From an uncultured Chloroflexia bacterium (lineage in GTDB: Bacteria; Chloroflexota; Limnocylindria; Limnocylindrales; CSP1-4): 64,000 nt of DNA. Location: assembly GCA_963748625.1 (NCBI GenBank), contig CAVVJT010000010.1, positions 96,001 through 160,000 of the forward strand, read 5' to 3'. This document shows positions 20,370-33,506 of the stretch, piece after piece. The notes under the pieces are model-generated. The model searched no databases, had not been told where the DNA came from, and saw nothing but the letters and a program-made list of their open reading frames with translations. Numbering within the stretch: the first letter of the stretch is position 1; the number at the start of each line of letters is the position of its first letter. Made by a program: the position numbers and the translations under genes.

Positions 20370-21371
20370 CTAGAGGTGGTCGCGCCCCTCGATGTGGCCC
20401 ATCTCCGAGTGCCCTGCGAAGGGACGCTCGTCCTCGTCGTGGTCGTGTCCGTGGGCAGGGCCCTCGTCCGCGTGGAGGTGGATGCCCTCGTCGGGAACGT
20501 GGACCTGGCCGCCCTGGTGGACGTGCGCCTCGCCGAGGGTGCGGGCCAGGAAGTCGCGCGTGCGGGGATCCTGCGGGTTGTCGATCACCTGCTCGGGCAG
20601 GCCGACCTCCACGAACACGCCTTCCTCGATGAAGTAGACGCGGTCCGCGGCCTCCCGGGCGAAGGCCATCTCGTGGGTGACCACGATCATCGTGGCACCC
20701 TCGTGGGCCAGCTCCTCCATGACGTTGATGACCTCGCCCACGAGCGTCGGGTCCAGGGCAGAGGTCGGCTCGTCGAACAGGAGGACCTTGGGCTCCATCG
20801 TCAGCGCCCGGGCAATCGCCACGCGCTGCTTCTGGCCGCCGGACAGGCGCGCCGGGTACTCGTCGCGCTTCTCGGACAGGCCGACCTTCTCGAGGTACTT
20901 CTCCGCGGTCGCGATCGCCTCGTCCTTCTTCATCCCCTTCACCCGGATCGGGCCCTCGATCAGGTTGTCGATGACCTTGAGGTGCGGGAAGAGGTTGAAC
21001 TCCTGGAAGACCATCTGGGCGCGAAGCCGCATCTGCCGGATCTGCTCGCGGTGCTGGCGGTCGCGGGAGCTCAAGGGAGCCGCGTCCAGGCGGAAGCCGT
21101 CGACCTCGATCGAGCCCATCGTGGGCTCCTCGAGGAAGTTGATGCAGCGCAGGAGCGTGGACTTCCCGGAGCCGGACCGGCCGATGAGGCAGATCGTCTC
21201 GCGCGGGTAGACCTCGATGGTGGCGCCCCGGAGGACGTGGTTGTCGCCGAAGTACTTGTGGACGCCGAGGGCACGCACGATGGGCGTGGTGCCGGCGGGC
21301 GTGAGGGCTCCCGGCGATGCGAACGGGTCGTGCAGGTCGGTGGCTGCCTTGGTGTCGATGGGACTCGTCAT
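20370..21371 (-). CDS. Polar amino-acid ABC transporter ATP-binding protein with His/acid-rich tail
   Basis: GRSGSGKST, LSGGQKQRVAIARAL, FDEPTSALDP. Confidence 0.92.
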   Translation of the reverse strand: MTSPIDTKAATDLHDPFASPGALTPAGTTPIVRALGVHKYFGDNHVLRGATIEVYPRETICLIGRSGSGKSTLLRCINFLEEPTMGSIEVDGFRLDAAPLSSRDRQHREQIRQMRLRAQMVFQEFNLFPHLKVIDNLIEGPIRVKGMKKDEAIATAEKYLEKVGLSEKRDEYPARLSGGQKQRVAIARALTMEPKVLLFDEPTSALDPTLVGEVINVMEELAHEGATMIVVTHEMAFAREAADRVYFIEEGVFVEVGLPEQVIDNPQDPRTRDFLARTLGEAHVHQGGQVHVPDEGIHLHADEGPAHGHDHDEDERPFAGHSEMGHIEGRDHL

Positions 21372-21381
21372 CTCCGTCTCC

Positions 21382-22235
21382 TCAGATCCGCCGGTCGCTC
21401 TCGGCCATGCGCTTCTCCAGGCGGTCCTGGACGATGGACAGCACGATCGTGAGGCTCCAGTAGATGGCCGCCGCGATGATCAGCGTCTCGAGCGTCCGGA
21501 AGTTGGACTGGCCGACCCGCTGCGCCCGCCACAGGAGCTCGGGCACCGCGATCACGGAGACCAGCGACGAGTCCTTGATCATCGAGATGAACTCGTTGGC
21601 GATGGCAGGGGTGATGATCCGGATCGCCTGGGGGAGGATGATCCGCCGCATCCGCGTGCGCGCCGGCATGCCCAGCGCCTGGGCCGCCTCGGTCTGCCCG
21701 CGCGGCACGGCCTGGATGCCGGCCCGGAAGGTCTCGGTCATGTAGGCGCCATAGTTGAAGGCGAGCGCGAAGATGCCCAGCGCGATGGCCGGCACCTCGC
21801 TGACGCCCGGAATGATCTGGGGCAGCGCGAGGTAGATGAAGAAGATCTGGACCAGCAACGGCGTGCCGCGGACCATCGACACGTAGAGCGTCGCGATCGC
21901 GTAGACGACCGCGTTGCCGCTCAGCCGTGCCGAGCGCGCCCAGGACCGCGAACGAGATGGCGATCGCGATGGAGAACACCGCCACGAAGACCGTGGTGGT
22001 GACCCCGCCCAGGATGTAGAGGCCCCACTCGTTGATGAAGGCGAAGTCGATCTTGTCGGCGACGACGAGCGAGCCGATCAGGCCACCGACGAGCACCAGC
22101 CATGTCACCACGAAGATGACGCGGAACCTCGTCCGCTGTCGGCGCCGCTGGTCGGCGATCGCCTTGACGATGGGGTGCACTTCGTCCGGGGGCACGCCCT
22201 GCGGGGGTGCCCATCGGTTCGGTCGAGGCGGTCAC
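21382..22235 (-). CDS. Polar amino-acid ABC transporter permease; frameshifted
   Basis: RGTPLLVQ, AYMTETFRAGIQAVPRGQTEAA, IILPQA, KDSSL. Confidence 0.88.
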
Positions 22236-23159
22236 GCGTCTCCTCCCGTCGCCGGATATGCAGGACGGGAGCGTCCTGCGCGGACGCTCCCGTCACCGTT
22301 GATCAGGCCGTCGATCAGCCCGTCGGGGGCGACCGTCAGGTCGAGCCCGAACCACTTCTCGGACATGGCCTTGAGGGTCCCGTCGGCACGCATCTCGTCG
22401 AGGATCGTGTTGACCTTCTCGACCAGCTTCGTCGGATCGGGACCACTCTTGTCGAAGGCGACACCCAGCGGCTCGGCGTAGACCGGATCGCCGACTTTGA
22501 CGAGCGGCAGGCCCTCCGCGATCGCCTGCTCGACCGTCGTGGACGAGCTGAGCCAGCCCTGGAAGTCATCGCGACCGGCCGTCCACGCCTCGGCACACAG
22601 GCGGTCCGTGGACAGCGTGGTGGCCGTGGAGCCCTCAGGAGCCTTGTTCTTCGGGGTGTAGGTGCCGAGGTCCAGGGCGCCGGTGAGCCAGTCGTAGTAG
22701 GTGGTCGCCTCACCGGCGCAGATCACTTTGCCGGCGAGCCCGTCAAGCGAGGTGATGCCGGACTGCGGTCGAGGCCGCCATCTGGGCCGGCGTGTAGTAG
22801 TACGGCTTGCTGAAGGCGAGGACCTTCTCGCGCGGGGTGGTGATCGTCATCGACCCAACGCTGAAGTCCCAGCGACCGGCCCATGAGCCGGCGGTGATGA
22901 TGCTCCAGTCCGGCGTTTCGAACTTGATGTCCACGCCGAGCCGCTTGGCGATCTCGGAGCCGACGTCGATGTCGAAGCCCTCGAAGGTGCCTGCCGGCGT
23001 CAGCTCAGACTGGGGCGGGTACTGCGGGTCGGTGGACATGACGATGACCTTCGCCTTCTCGACCTTCGAGAGCAGGTCATCCGAACTGCTGCCACCGCAG
23101 GCCGCGACCGCGACCATCGCAGCGGCAGCCACCACAAGCATGCGTCCGCGAAGGGACAT
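22232..23159 (-). CDS. Polar amino-acid ABC substrate-binding lipoprotein; frameshift near 22750
   Basis: Lipobox AVAAC, YPPQ, GFDIDV, MTITTPREK, DGTLKAMSEKWFG. Confidence 0.88.
22264..22294 (-). terminator. 13-bp perfect stem-loop after the substrate-binding gene
   Basis: GACGGGAGCGTCC-N5-GGACGCTCCCGTC. Confidence 0.6.
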
Positions 23160-23337
23160 GCGCTCCTCCTTTGCCCGGCGCCCACGGCGTATCGACCGCA
23201 GGACTCGGCTCGCGGCATTATCGCCCGGTGCCGGACAGCCCGTGGGGAGTGTCGAACGGCCTACCCGGACAGGGGCCGTTTACGTGACATCTGTCGGACG
23301 AACCTCGCGGCGCCTGACGGCCTCCGCCCTTCGGACC

Positions 23338-23592
23338 CTACCCGATGATCTGCCAGAACACTCCGGCCAGCCGGAGCTCCGCGGCACGTCGGATGACGGC
23401 CGACATCGCGTCGCCGACGGTGTCGCCCTCGGCATCGATCTCCCGGGAGTGGCCTTCGACGAGGCAGGTGACGCTGATCGTCACCGGCCCATCGCCCTCG
23501 ATCTCGAGGTCCGCTATCAGGATGCCCGTCCCGAGGACCCGTTCCAGGTCCTCGGCAAGGCGTGCCGCGAGCTGGGCTTCCGCGTCGTTCAC
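23338..23592 (-). CDS. Hypothetical protein
   Basis: 84 aa with GAGGAG RBS directly after ligA. Confidence 0.65.
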   Translation of the reverse strand: MNDAEAQLAARLAEDLERVLGTGILIADLEIEGDGPVTISVTCLVEGHSREIDAEGDTVGDAMSAVIRRAAELRLAGVFWQIIG

Positions 23593-23601
23593 ATGCTCTC
23601 C

Positions 23602-27647
<4,046 letters not shown>

Positions 27648-27685
27648 CCCTCCCCTCCGGACGCGGCCGCGCTAGGCTGCGCGCC

Positions 27686-28144
27686 ATGGACAAGACGACG
27701 CTGCTCCGCTCGATGGACGAGGCCCACGCGACGCTGGCCGGCCTGGTCGCCAGCCTGTCGGACGAGGCGCTCGATGCCCCGGCCCCCGGCATGGACGGCT
27801 GGACCCGCAAGGACGTCCTCCATCACATCGCGTGGTGGCACGACCACGCAGCGGGCGTCGTCGAGGCCCTGTGCGCGGGCCGTGAGCCGTACGACGCGGA
27901 CACCTGGGACGTGGACGCCTGGAACGCCCGGACCCTGGCCGAAGGCCGCTCGTCGACCGCGCTCGCCACCCGCACCGAGGAAGCCCAGTCGTTCGTGCGC
28001 CTCGTCGCCGCCGTGGAGTCAGCCTCACCGGCACAGCTGTTCGAGGCCGGCCACTTCGCCTGGATGGAGGACCGTGCGCTCGCCGACACTGTCGAGGGGG
28101 ACTCCTTCGGCCACTACCCCGAGCACCTCCCCCACCTCTCGTGA
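27686..28144 (+). CDS. DinB-superfamily four-helix bundle protein (ClbS/DfsB/MDMPI-like)
   Basis: WTRKDVLHHIAWW...HYPEH. Confidence 0.8.
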   Translation: MDKTTLLRSMDEAHATLAGLVASLSDEALDAPAPGMDGWTRKDVLHHIAWWHDHAAGVVEALCAGREPYDADTWDVDAWNARTLAEGRSSTALATRTEEAQSFVRLVAAVESASPAQLFEAGHFAWMEDRALADTVEGDSFGHYPEHLPHLS

Positions 28145-28737
28145 GCGACGTGCGCCTGCACGAGGCCGCGAGCCTGGGCGACCTCGACGCCATCGACGCC
28201 CTGCTCGCCTCAGGGCTGCCCATCGACGCCTGCGACAGCGATGGCCGCACGCCGCTGATGCGCGCAGTCCGCGCCCGCCACACCGAGGCCGTCCGGACCC
28301 TCGTCTCGGCTGGTGCCGACCTCGACCAGCGCGACAACCGCCTCGACAATCCCTTCCTGTACGCCGGTGCCGAAGGCCTGCTCGACATCCTGCGCATCGT
28401 CAACGAGGCGGGTGCTGACCCGACAATCACCAACCGCTACGGCGGTGTCGCGCTGATCCCGGCCTGCGAGCGCGGCCACGTCGAGGTCGTCCGGTACCTG
28501 CTGGAGCAGAGCGACGTGGACGTCGATCACGTCAACAACCTCGGCTGGACGGGCCTGCTTGAGGCCGTGATCCTGGCTGACGGCGGCCCCGCCCACCTGG
28601 AGATCATCCGGCTGCTGCTGGCCCATGGGGCAGACCCGTCCCTGGCGGACCGCGACGGTGTCACCGCTCTCGAACACGCCCGAGCGAAGGGTCAGGCCGA
28701 GGTCGTGGCGATTCTGGAGGCCGCGGCCGCGGATTGA
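28141..28737 (+). CDS. Ankyrin repeat protein (YahD-like)
   Basis: GRTPLM, NPFLYAGAEG, NRYGGVALIPACERGH, NNLGWTGLLEAVIL. Confidence 0.88.
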   Translation: MSDVRLHEAASLGDLDAIDALLASGLPIDACDSDGRTPLMRAVRARHTEAVRTLVSAGADLDQRDNRLDNPFLYAGAEGLLDILRIVNEAGADPTITNRYGGVALIPACERGHVEVVRYLLEQSDVDVDHVNNLGWTGLLEAVILADGGPAHLEIIRLLLAHGADPSLADRDGVTALEHARAKGQAEVVAILEAAAAD

Positions 28738-28740
28738 CTG

Positions 28741-31356
28741 CTACCCGATCAGCTCGAGGTTCGCGAGCGAGGCCAGCATCGTCTTGCGGCCCACGGTCGG
28801 GTCCTTGAACACGACCTGGACCTCCTCGTCGTCGCGGGTGAGCTTCGAGGTGATCACGAGGCCATCGCCCCAGCGGGCGTGACGGATGCGATCGCCGTCG
28901 CGATAGCGGCGCTCGCCGGGGACGATGGGGCGGGGCGGGATCACGCCGCGCGCACCCGCGCCGCCGCCCGCCGGTGACGGCATCCGGCCCAGGGAGCCCG
29001 ACGGCGCGCCCGCCGCGAAGGCGTCCCGCTTGGCCTCGAGATCGCGCGTCGGGCGGAACGACTCGCCGGCACGAGGTGCCCCCGGAACGCCGCTCCCCTG
29101 CCGGTAGGCGCCGCCGCCCGCGCGGATGCCGGCCCCGAACCTCGAGCCGCGCTCGCGGAACACGAGGTCCGGGTCCAGGTCCATGCCCGCGTCGTGCGAT
29201 CCAGGCCGCAGCTGCGGGCCGGACATGAGCTCCGGTGGAATCTCGAGGAGGAACCGGGACGGGATCCCCTGCCCCCCGCCGCCCCACGTGTTCCGGCGCC
29301 AGGCATGCGAGAGGAACAGGCGGCGCTTCGCACGGGTGATGCCCACGTAGGCCAGCCTGCGCTCCTCCTCCATCTCGCGCTCGTCGTCCATCGCCCGGTT
29401 GTGCGGGAACAGGCCCTCCTCGAGGCCCGCGATGAACACCACCGGGAACTCCAGCCCCTTCGCCGCGTGGAGCGTGATCAGCGTGACCGCGTCCTTCTCG
29501 CCCTCGTACGCGTCCTGGTCCGCGACCAGCGCGGTCTCCTCGAGCAGGCGGTCCAGGCCGTCCTCCGGCGAGAGGTCGTCGTAGCGCGTGGTCACAACGC
29601 GCAGCTCGAGCAGGTTCGCCCAGCGGTCCTCCCCGTCCTCTGACCCGTCGGCCAGCATCGCCCGGTAGCCGGACTGCTCCAGGATCTCGTCGAGCAGCTC
29701 GGGCAGGGGCAGCACGCCGATCCGCCGCCGCAGCCGCGCGACCAGCACCCCGAACTCCCCGATGGCCGTCCTCGCCCGCCCCGTCAACCCCTCGACCTCG
29801 CCCTTGCCAGCCGCCTCGAGCGCCGCGAACACCGAGCCGTCGTGCGCGTCGGCCCAGCGCCGCAGCGCCTGGATCGACTTGTCCCCGATGGACCGCGCCG
29901 GGACGTTGATGATCCGCTCGTAGCTCACGGCGTCCGTGTCCGAGCGCAGGACGCGCAGGTAGGCCAGGGCGTCCTTGACCTCGCGCCGCTGGTAGAACCG
30001 GGTCCCGCCCACCAGCTGGTACCGGATGCCGTAGTGGAGGAACTTCTCCTCGATCGCGCGGGACTGGGCGTTCATCCGGTACATGACCGCGACGTCCTTC
30101 GCCCGGAAGGCGGTCCCCTCGTCGTCGTCGGCCCGCCGCGTGAGCAGGCCGCTCCGCCCGGTGTGGCCCACCAGCCCCTCGATCTGGCGGGCGATCCACT
30201 CGGCCTCCTCCTCCTCGTTGAAGGCCTCGAAGCGCTGGATCGGGACGCCGCCCTGGTTCTCGGTCCAGAGCTTCTTGTCGGTCCGGCGCTCGTTGCGCGA
30301 CACCACGGCATGCGCGGCGTCGAGGATGACCTTGGTGGAGCGGTAGTTCTGCTCGAGCTTGACCACGGTGGCGTCCGGGTAGTCCTGCTCGAAGTCGAGG
30401 ATGTTCTGGACGTTGGCGCCGCGCCAGCCGTAGATCGACTGGTCGTCATCCCCGACGACGCACAGGTTGCGGTGGGCGGCGGCCAGGGCGCGGACCCACA
30501 GGTACTGCGGCCGGTTCGTGTCCTGGTACTCGTCCACGTGGAGGTAGCGCCAGCGGCTCTGGTACTTCGCCAGCACCTGGGGCGCCTGCTCGAACAGCTC
30601 GACGGCCTTGAGCAGGAGGTCGTCGAAGTCGAGCGCGCGGGCCTCCGCCAGGCGCTCGCGGTAGCGGACGGCGAGACGGGCGATGACGCGCTCGCGATGG
30701 TTGACCGCGTGCTCGGCGAGGAAGGTCTCGTCGAGCATGTCGTTCTTGGCCCGGCTGATGGCGCCCAGGATGGCGGCGGGCCGGAACTCGCCCGTGGCCG
30801 GGAGGTCCTGCTCGGCCAGGATCCGCTTCATGAGCTGCTGCTGGTCGTCCGTGTCGTAGATCACGAAGTTGCGCGGGAGGCCGATCGCCTCGCCGTCCTG
30901 GCGCAGCACCCGCGCGCAGAGCGCGTGGAAGGTCCCCGCCTGGACGTCCGTGCCCTGGTCACCCACGAGCGCCGTGATCCGCTCGCGCAGCTCGCCGGCC
31001 GCGCGGTTGGTGAACGTGACCGCGAGGATCCGCCGCGGCTCCACGCCCTTCGCGCCGATCAGGTACGCGATCCGGTGGGCAACCACGCGCGTCTTGCCCG
31101 AGCCCGCGCCGGCGAGGATCAGGAGCGGGCCGTCGGTGGTGGACACCGCGACCCGCTGGGGCTCGTTCATGCGGGCCAGGATCTCCAGGCCCCGGGCCTC
31201 GCGCCGCTCCGCGAGCGCGGCGGCCACCGCGTCCGGCGAGAGCGCGGGCCCGACTGCCTCCTCGACCACCGAGGGAGCGTCGCGCATCCAGTCGGGCTCC
31301 TCGGGCGAGGCGGACTCCTGGCCGGACGCGTACGGTGCTCCGGGCACACCGGGCAC
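28741..31356 (-). CDS. pcrA: ATP-dependent DNA helicase PcrA/UvrD
   Basis: AGAGSGKT, VDEYQDTN, GDDDQSIY, LEQNYRST, HAAKGLEF, EERRLAYVGITRA; start uncertain. Confidence 0.96.
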   Translation of the reverse strand: MPGVPGAPYASGQESASPEEPDWMRDAPSVVEEAVGPALSPDAVAAALAERREARGLEILARMNEPQRVAVSTTDGPLLILAGAGSGKTRVVAHRIAYLIGAKGVEPRRILAVTFTNRAAGELRERITALVGDQGTDVQAGTFHALCARVLRQDGEAIGLPRNFVIYDTDDQQQLMKRILAEQDLPATGEFRPAAILGAISRAKNDMLDETFLAEHAVNHRERVIARLAVRYRERLAEARALDFDDLLLKAVELFEQAPQVLAKYQSRWRYLHVDEYQDTNRPQYLWVRALAAAHRNLCVVGDDDQSIYGWRGANVQNILDFEQDYPDATVVKLEQNYRSTKVILDAAHAVVSRNERRTDKKLWTENQGGVPIQRFEAFNEEEEAEWIARQIEGLVGHTGRSGLLTRRADDDEGTAFRAKDVAVMYRMNAQSRAIEEKFLHYGIRYQLVGGTRFYQRREVKDALAYLRVLRSDTDAVSYERIINVPARSIGDKSIQALRRWADAHDGSVFAALEAAGKGEVEGLTGRARTAIGEFGVLVARLRRRIGVLPLPELLDEILEQSGYRAMLADGSEDGEDRWANLLELRVVTTRYDDLSPEDGLDRLLEETALVADQDAYEGEKDAVTLITLHAAKGLEFPVVFIAGLEEGLFPHNRAMDDEREMEEERRLAYVGITRAKRRLFLSHAWRRNTWGGGGQGIPSRFLLEIPPELMSGPQLRPGSHDAGMDLDPDLVFRERGSRFGAGIRAGGGAYRQGSGVPGAPRAGESFRPTRDLEAKRDAFAAGAPSGSLGRMPSPAGGGAGARGVIPPRPIVPGERRYRDGDRIRHARWGDGLVITSKLTRDDEEVQVVFKDPTVGRKTMLASLANLELIG

Positions 31357-31540
31357 GCCGGTGTCGCCGGGATCCTCGTCGTCCGCCCGACGTCAAGCCA
31401 GGTGCCCTGGCCGTCGGGCGCTTCGCGGCGGGTCCGGCGACGCTTTCCGGGCTCGCCTGCGGGGGTGGGACTCACCCGCCCATTCTAGGGCGGGTGCCGG
31501 GCCACCACCCTGTCACGGGCCACCGCAATGTCACGGGCGA

Positions 31541-32332
31541 TCAGCCGGCCACCGGCTCCTTGATCGGCACGGCCTCGTTCCAGCCGGAGAACTCCACCAC
31601 GATCCGCAGGTCCACAGAGCCGTCCTCCGAGAGCACGTCGAGGTCGAGCTGCTGCGGGCGCAGGGTCTCCACGTCCGCCAGCAGCGTGACGACGGTGTAG
31701 AGCGGGGGCAGCTCCACGCCACTTGCCGACGCGACCGCCTGGCGCACGACCTCGCCCACCGTGAAGCCGGTGTCGACGGTGACCTGGCGACACGAGCCCG
31801 TCGCCGAGCCGCACGACACCTCCTCGACAGAGGGCATCGGCAGCCGGGCCAGCGACGCCCGAAGGCTGTCCACCAGCGTGATCGGATTGGCATCGAGGCC
31901 CGCGGCCGAGGCCACCTCGCCGATCGAGCCCCGCGTCCACGTCCCGTCGGGCTCCGTCCGATACCAGAGGGCGTCCCAGGAGTTGACCGTGTCGAGATCG
32001 ATGCCAGCCCCCGGCACCTCGAGGTGCAGCCGGGTCTTGGCCTCCTTGGGCCGGATGTCGGCGTCAGCAACGGTCCCCTCGAGGTCGACCGTGGCGTCCT
32101 CGAGGCCGACCACCATGCCGGGCAGGGACCCGGCGACCTGGAGGTCGAGGTGGACGGCGTCGGCGTCGATGATCGCCTGCAGCGAGCGCGCGGCCATCTC
32201 GCGCGGGTCCGTGACGGAGCTGGCCGGGGTCACGCCCGCCAGCGGGCCCGCACCCGCGAACGCACCGATCCCGATGGCGAGCAGGAGCACGACGACCAGC
32301 CCCACGGCGCCCTTGAGCGCAGCGCTCGCCAT
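31541..32332 (-). CDS. Membrane-anchored hypothetical protein (possible LolA/LppX-like fold)
   Basis: N-terminal TM; C-terminal VEFSGWNEAVPIKEP. Confidence 0.6.
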   Translation of the reverse strand: MASAALKGAVGLVVVLLLAIGIGAFAGAGPLAGVTPASSVTDPREMAARSLQAIIDADAVHLDLQVAGSLPGMVVGLEDATVDLEGTVADADIRPKEAKTRLHLEVPGAGIDLDTVNSWDALWYRTEPDGTWTRGSIGEVASAAGLDANPITLVDSLRASLARLPMPSVEEVSCGSATGSCRQVTVDTGFTVGEVVRQAVASASGVELPPLYTVVTLLADVETLRPQQLDLDVLSEDGSVDLRIVVEFSGWNEAVPIKEPVAG

Positions 32333-32347
32333 GCGGTCAGGCCGCGA

Positions 32348-32851
32348 TCAGGAGCCGACGCCAGCGGGCGGCGTCGGACCCGTGCCGTGCCCGGGGGCGC
32401 CCGGTGAACCGGGAGCAGGCCAAGCCGGCGTGGCCGACGGCGGGTAGGCCGGATAGACACCGGGGGCCGCCTGGGGGTAGGCCGCCGGGTAGCCCGGATA
32501 CCCTCCGGGAGCGCCCGGCCAGGGGCCTTCGACCTGGACGTCGATCTGGAGCCCGCCGATCCTGCCGGCGATCCAGTTGTAGATCACGACCATGATCGCC
32601 GTCATCACCCAGCCGATCACCGCGTAGAACGCGGCCCCGAGGACCAGGAACACGAGTGAGCCGATGAGGCCCGCCCCGAGGAACGCAATCCCGGAACCCG
32701 AGTCGCCGCCCGCCATGCCGGCCAGGCCGCCGATCAGCATGAACGGCACGAAGAACACCAGCAGCATCACGACGATGATCACGGCGTAGAGCGCCGCGAC
32801 GATGTTCGCCGTGCGCACCACGTCGAACCTGCGGACGGTGACCCGGTTCAT
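32348..32851 (-). CDS. DUF3566-like membrane protein with Pro-rich tail
   Basis: VRRFDVV..., two TMs, IYNWIAGRIGGLQIDV. Confidence 0.7.
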   Translation of the reverse strand: MNRVTVRRFDVVRTANIVAALYAVIIVVMLLVFFVPFMLIGGLAGMAGGDSGSGIAFLGAGLIGSLVFLVLGAAFYAVIGWVMTAIMVVIYNWIAGRIGGLQIDVQVEGPWPGAPGGYPGYPAAYPQAAPGVYPAYPPSATPAWPAPGSPGAPGHGTGPTPPAGVGS

Positions 32852-32986
32852 CCTGTTCTCCCTCACCAGCGGACCCCAGCAGGGCGAGTCTATCGTTGAG
32901 CGACCGTCTGCAGGCGGAAGACGCCGCCCCAACCTGGGGGCGTTTCCAGGTCCCCGGACCGGCCAGGCTGCCCGGATCCGACTCGT

Positions 32987-33118
32987 AGGCAACGAAATCC
33001 CGCAAGCGGCCGCTCCAGCGCCCGGGATGTGCGCTTCTGCTGCCTCCACCGCAACAGCATCCCGCAAACAGCCCCGAACCGGCCCTGCGAGGCCTCTCGA
33101 TGCGGGGTTTCGTTGCCT
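32987..33118. repeat. 132-bp element bounded by 18-bp inverted repeats
   Basis: AGGCAACGAAATCCCGCA / TGCGGGGTTTCGTTGCCT (17 of 18 match). Confidence 0.8.
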
Positions 33119-33225
33119 TCCACGCACATGCCGACGGCTGCGCGCGAGCCGACTTCCGGCAGACGACGGCCCGGCAGCCGACGAGCCGGGACAGATGACG
33201 TCCCCCGGGGGCGATGCGTCCGGGG

Positions 33226-33301
33226 GACGTCGGTGTCATGCGCCGGATCATCGACTGGTCCGGGAGACGTCGGTGTCATGCGCCGGATCATCGACTGGTC
33301 C
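33226..33301. repeat. Exact 36-bp direct repeat, two copies, period 40
   Basis: GACGTCGGTGTCATGCGCCGGATCATCGACTGGTCC at 33226 and 33266. Confidence 0.92.
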
Positions 33302-33506
33302 ACGAGGCGTCAGCGACCCGCTGCGTGGACGTCCGCGAACATGCCCGCGACGAGGTGCCCGCGACTCCACAGAGCCATATGCCTCTGGGATCCCGCGCCC
33401 CGCATGGCGACACTCGGGGTGACTCCGGGCGAGCCCCGCGAGGCCCTCGTGGCTAAGGCCGCCCGAGCCCAGCGTGGGTTCGTGTACGTCCAGGAGGGAG
33501 CGGACA

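Noticed and set aside
32987-33118. Integron attC site
   Set aside because: The ends do not fit RYYYAAC/GTTRRRY, and there is no integrase or cassette array
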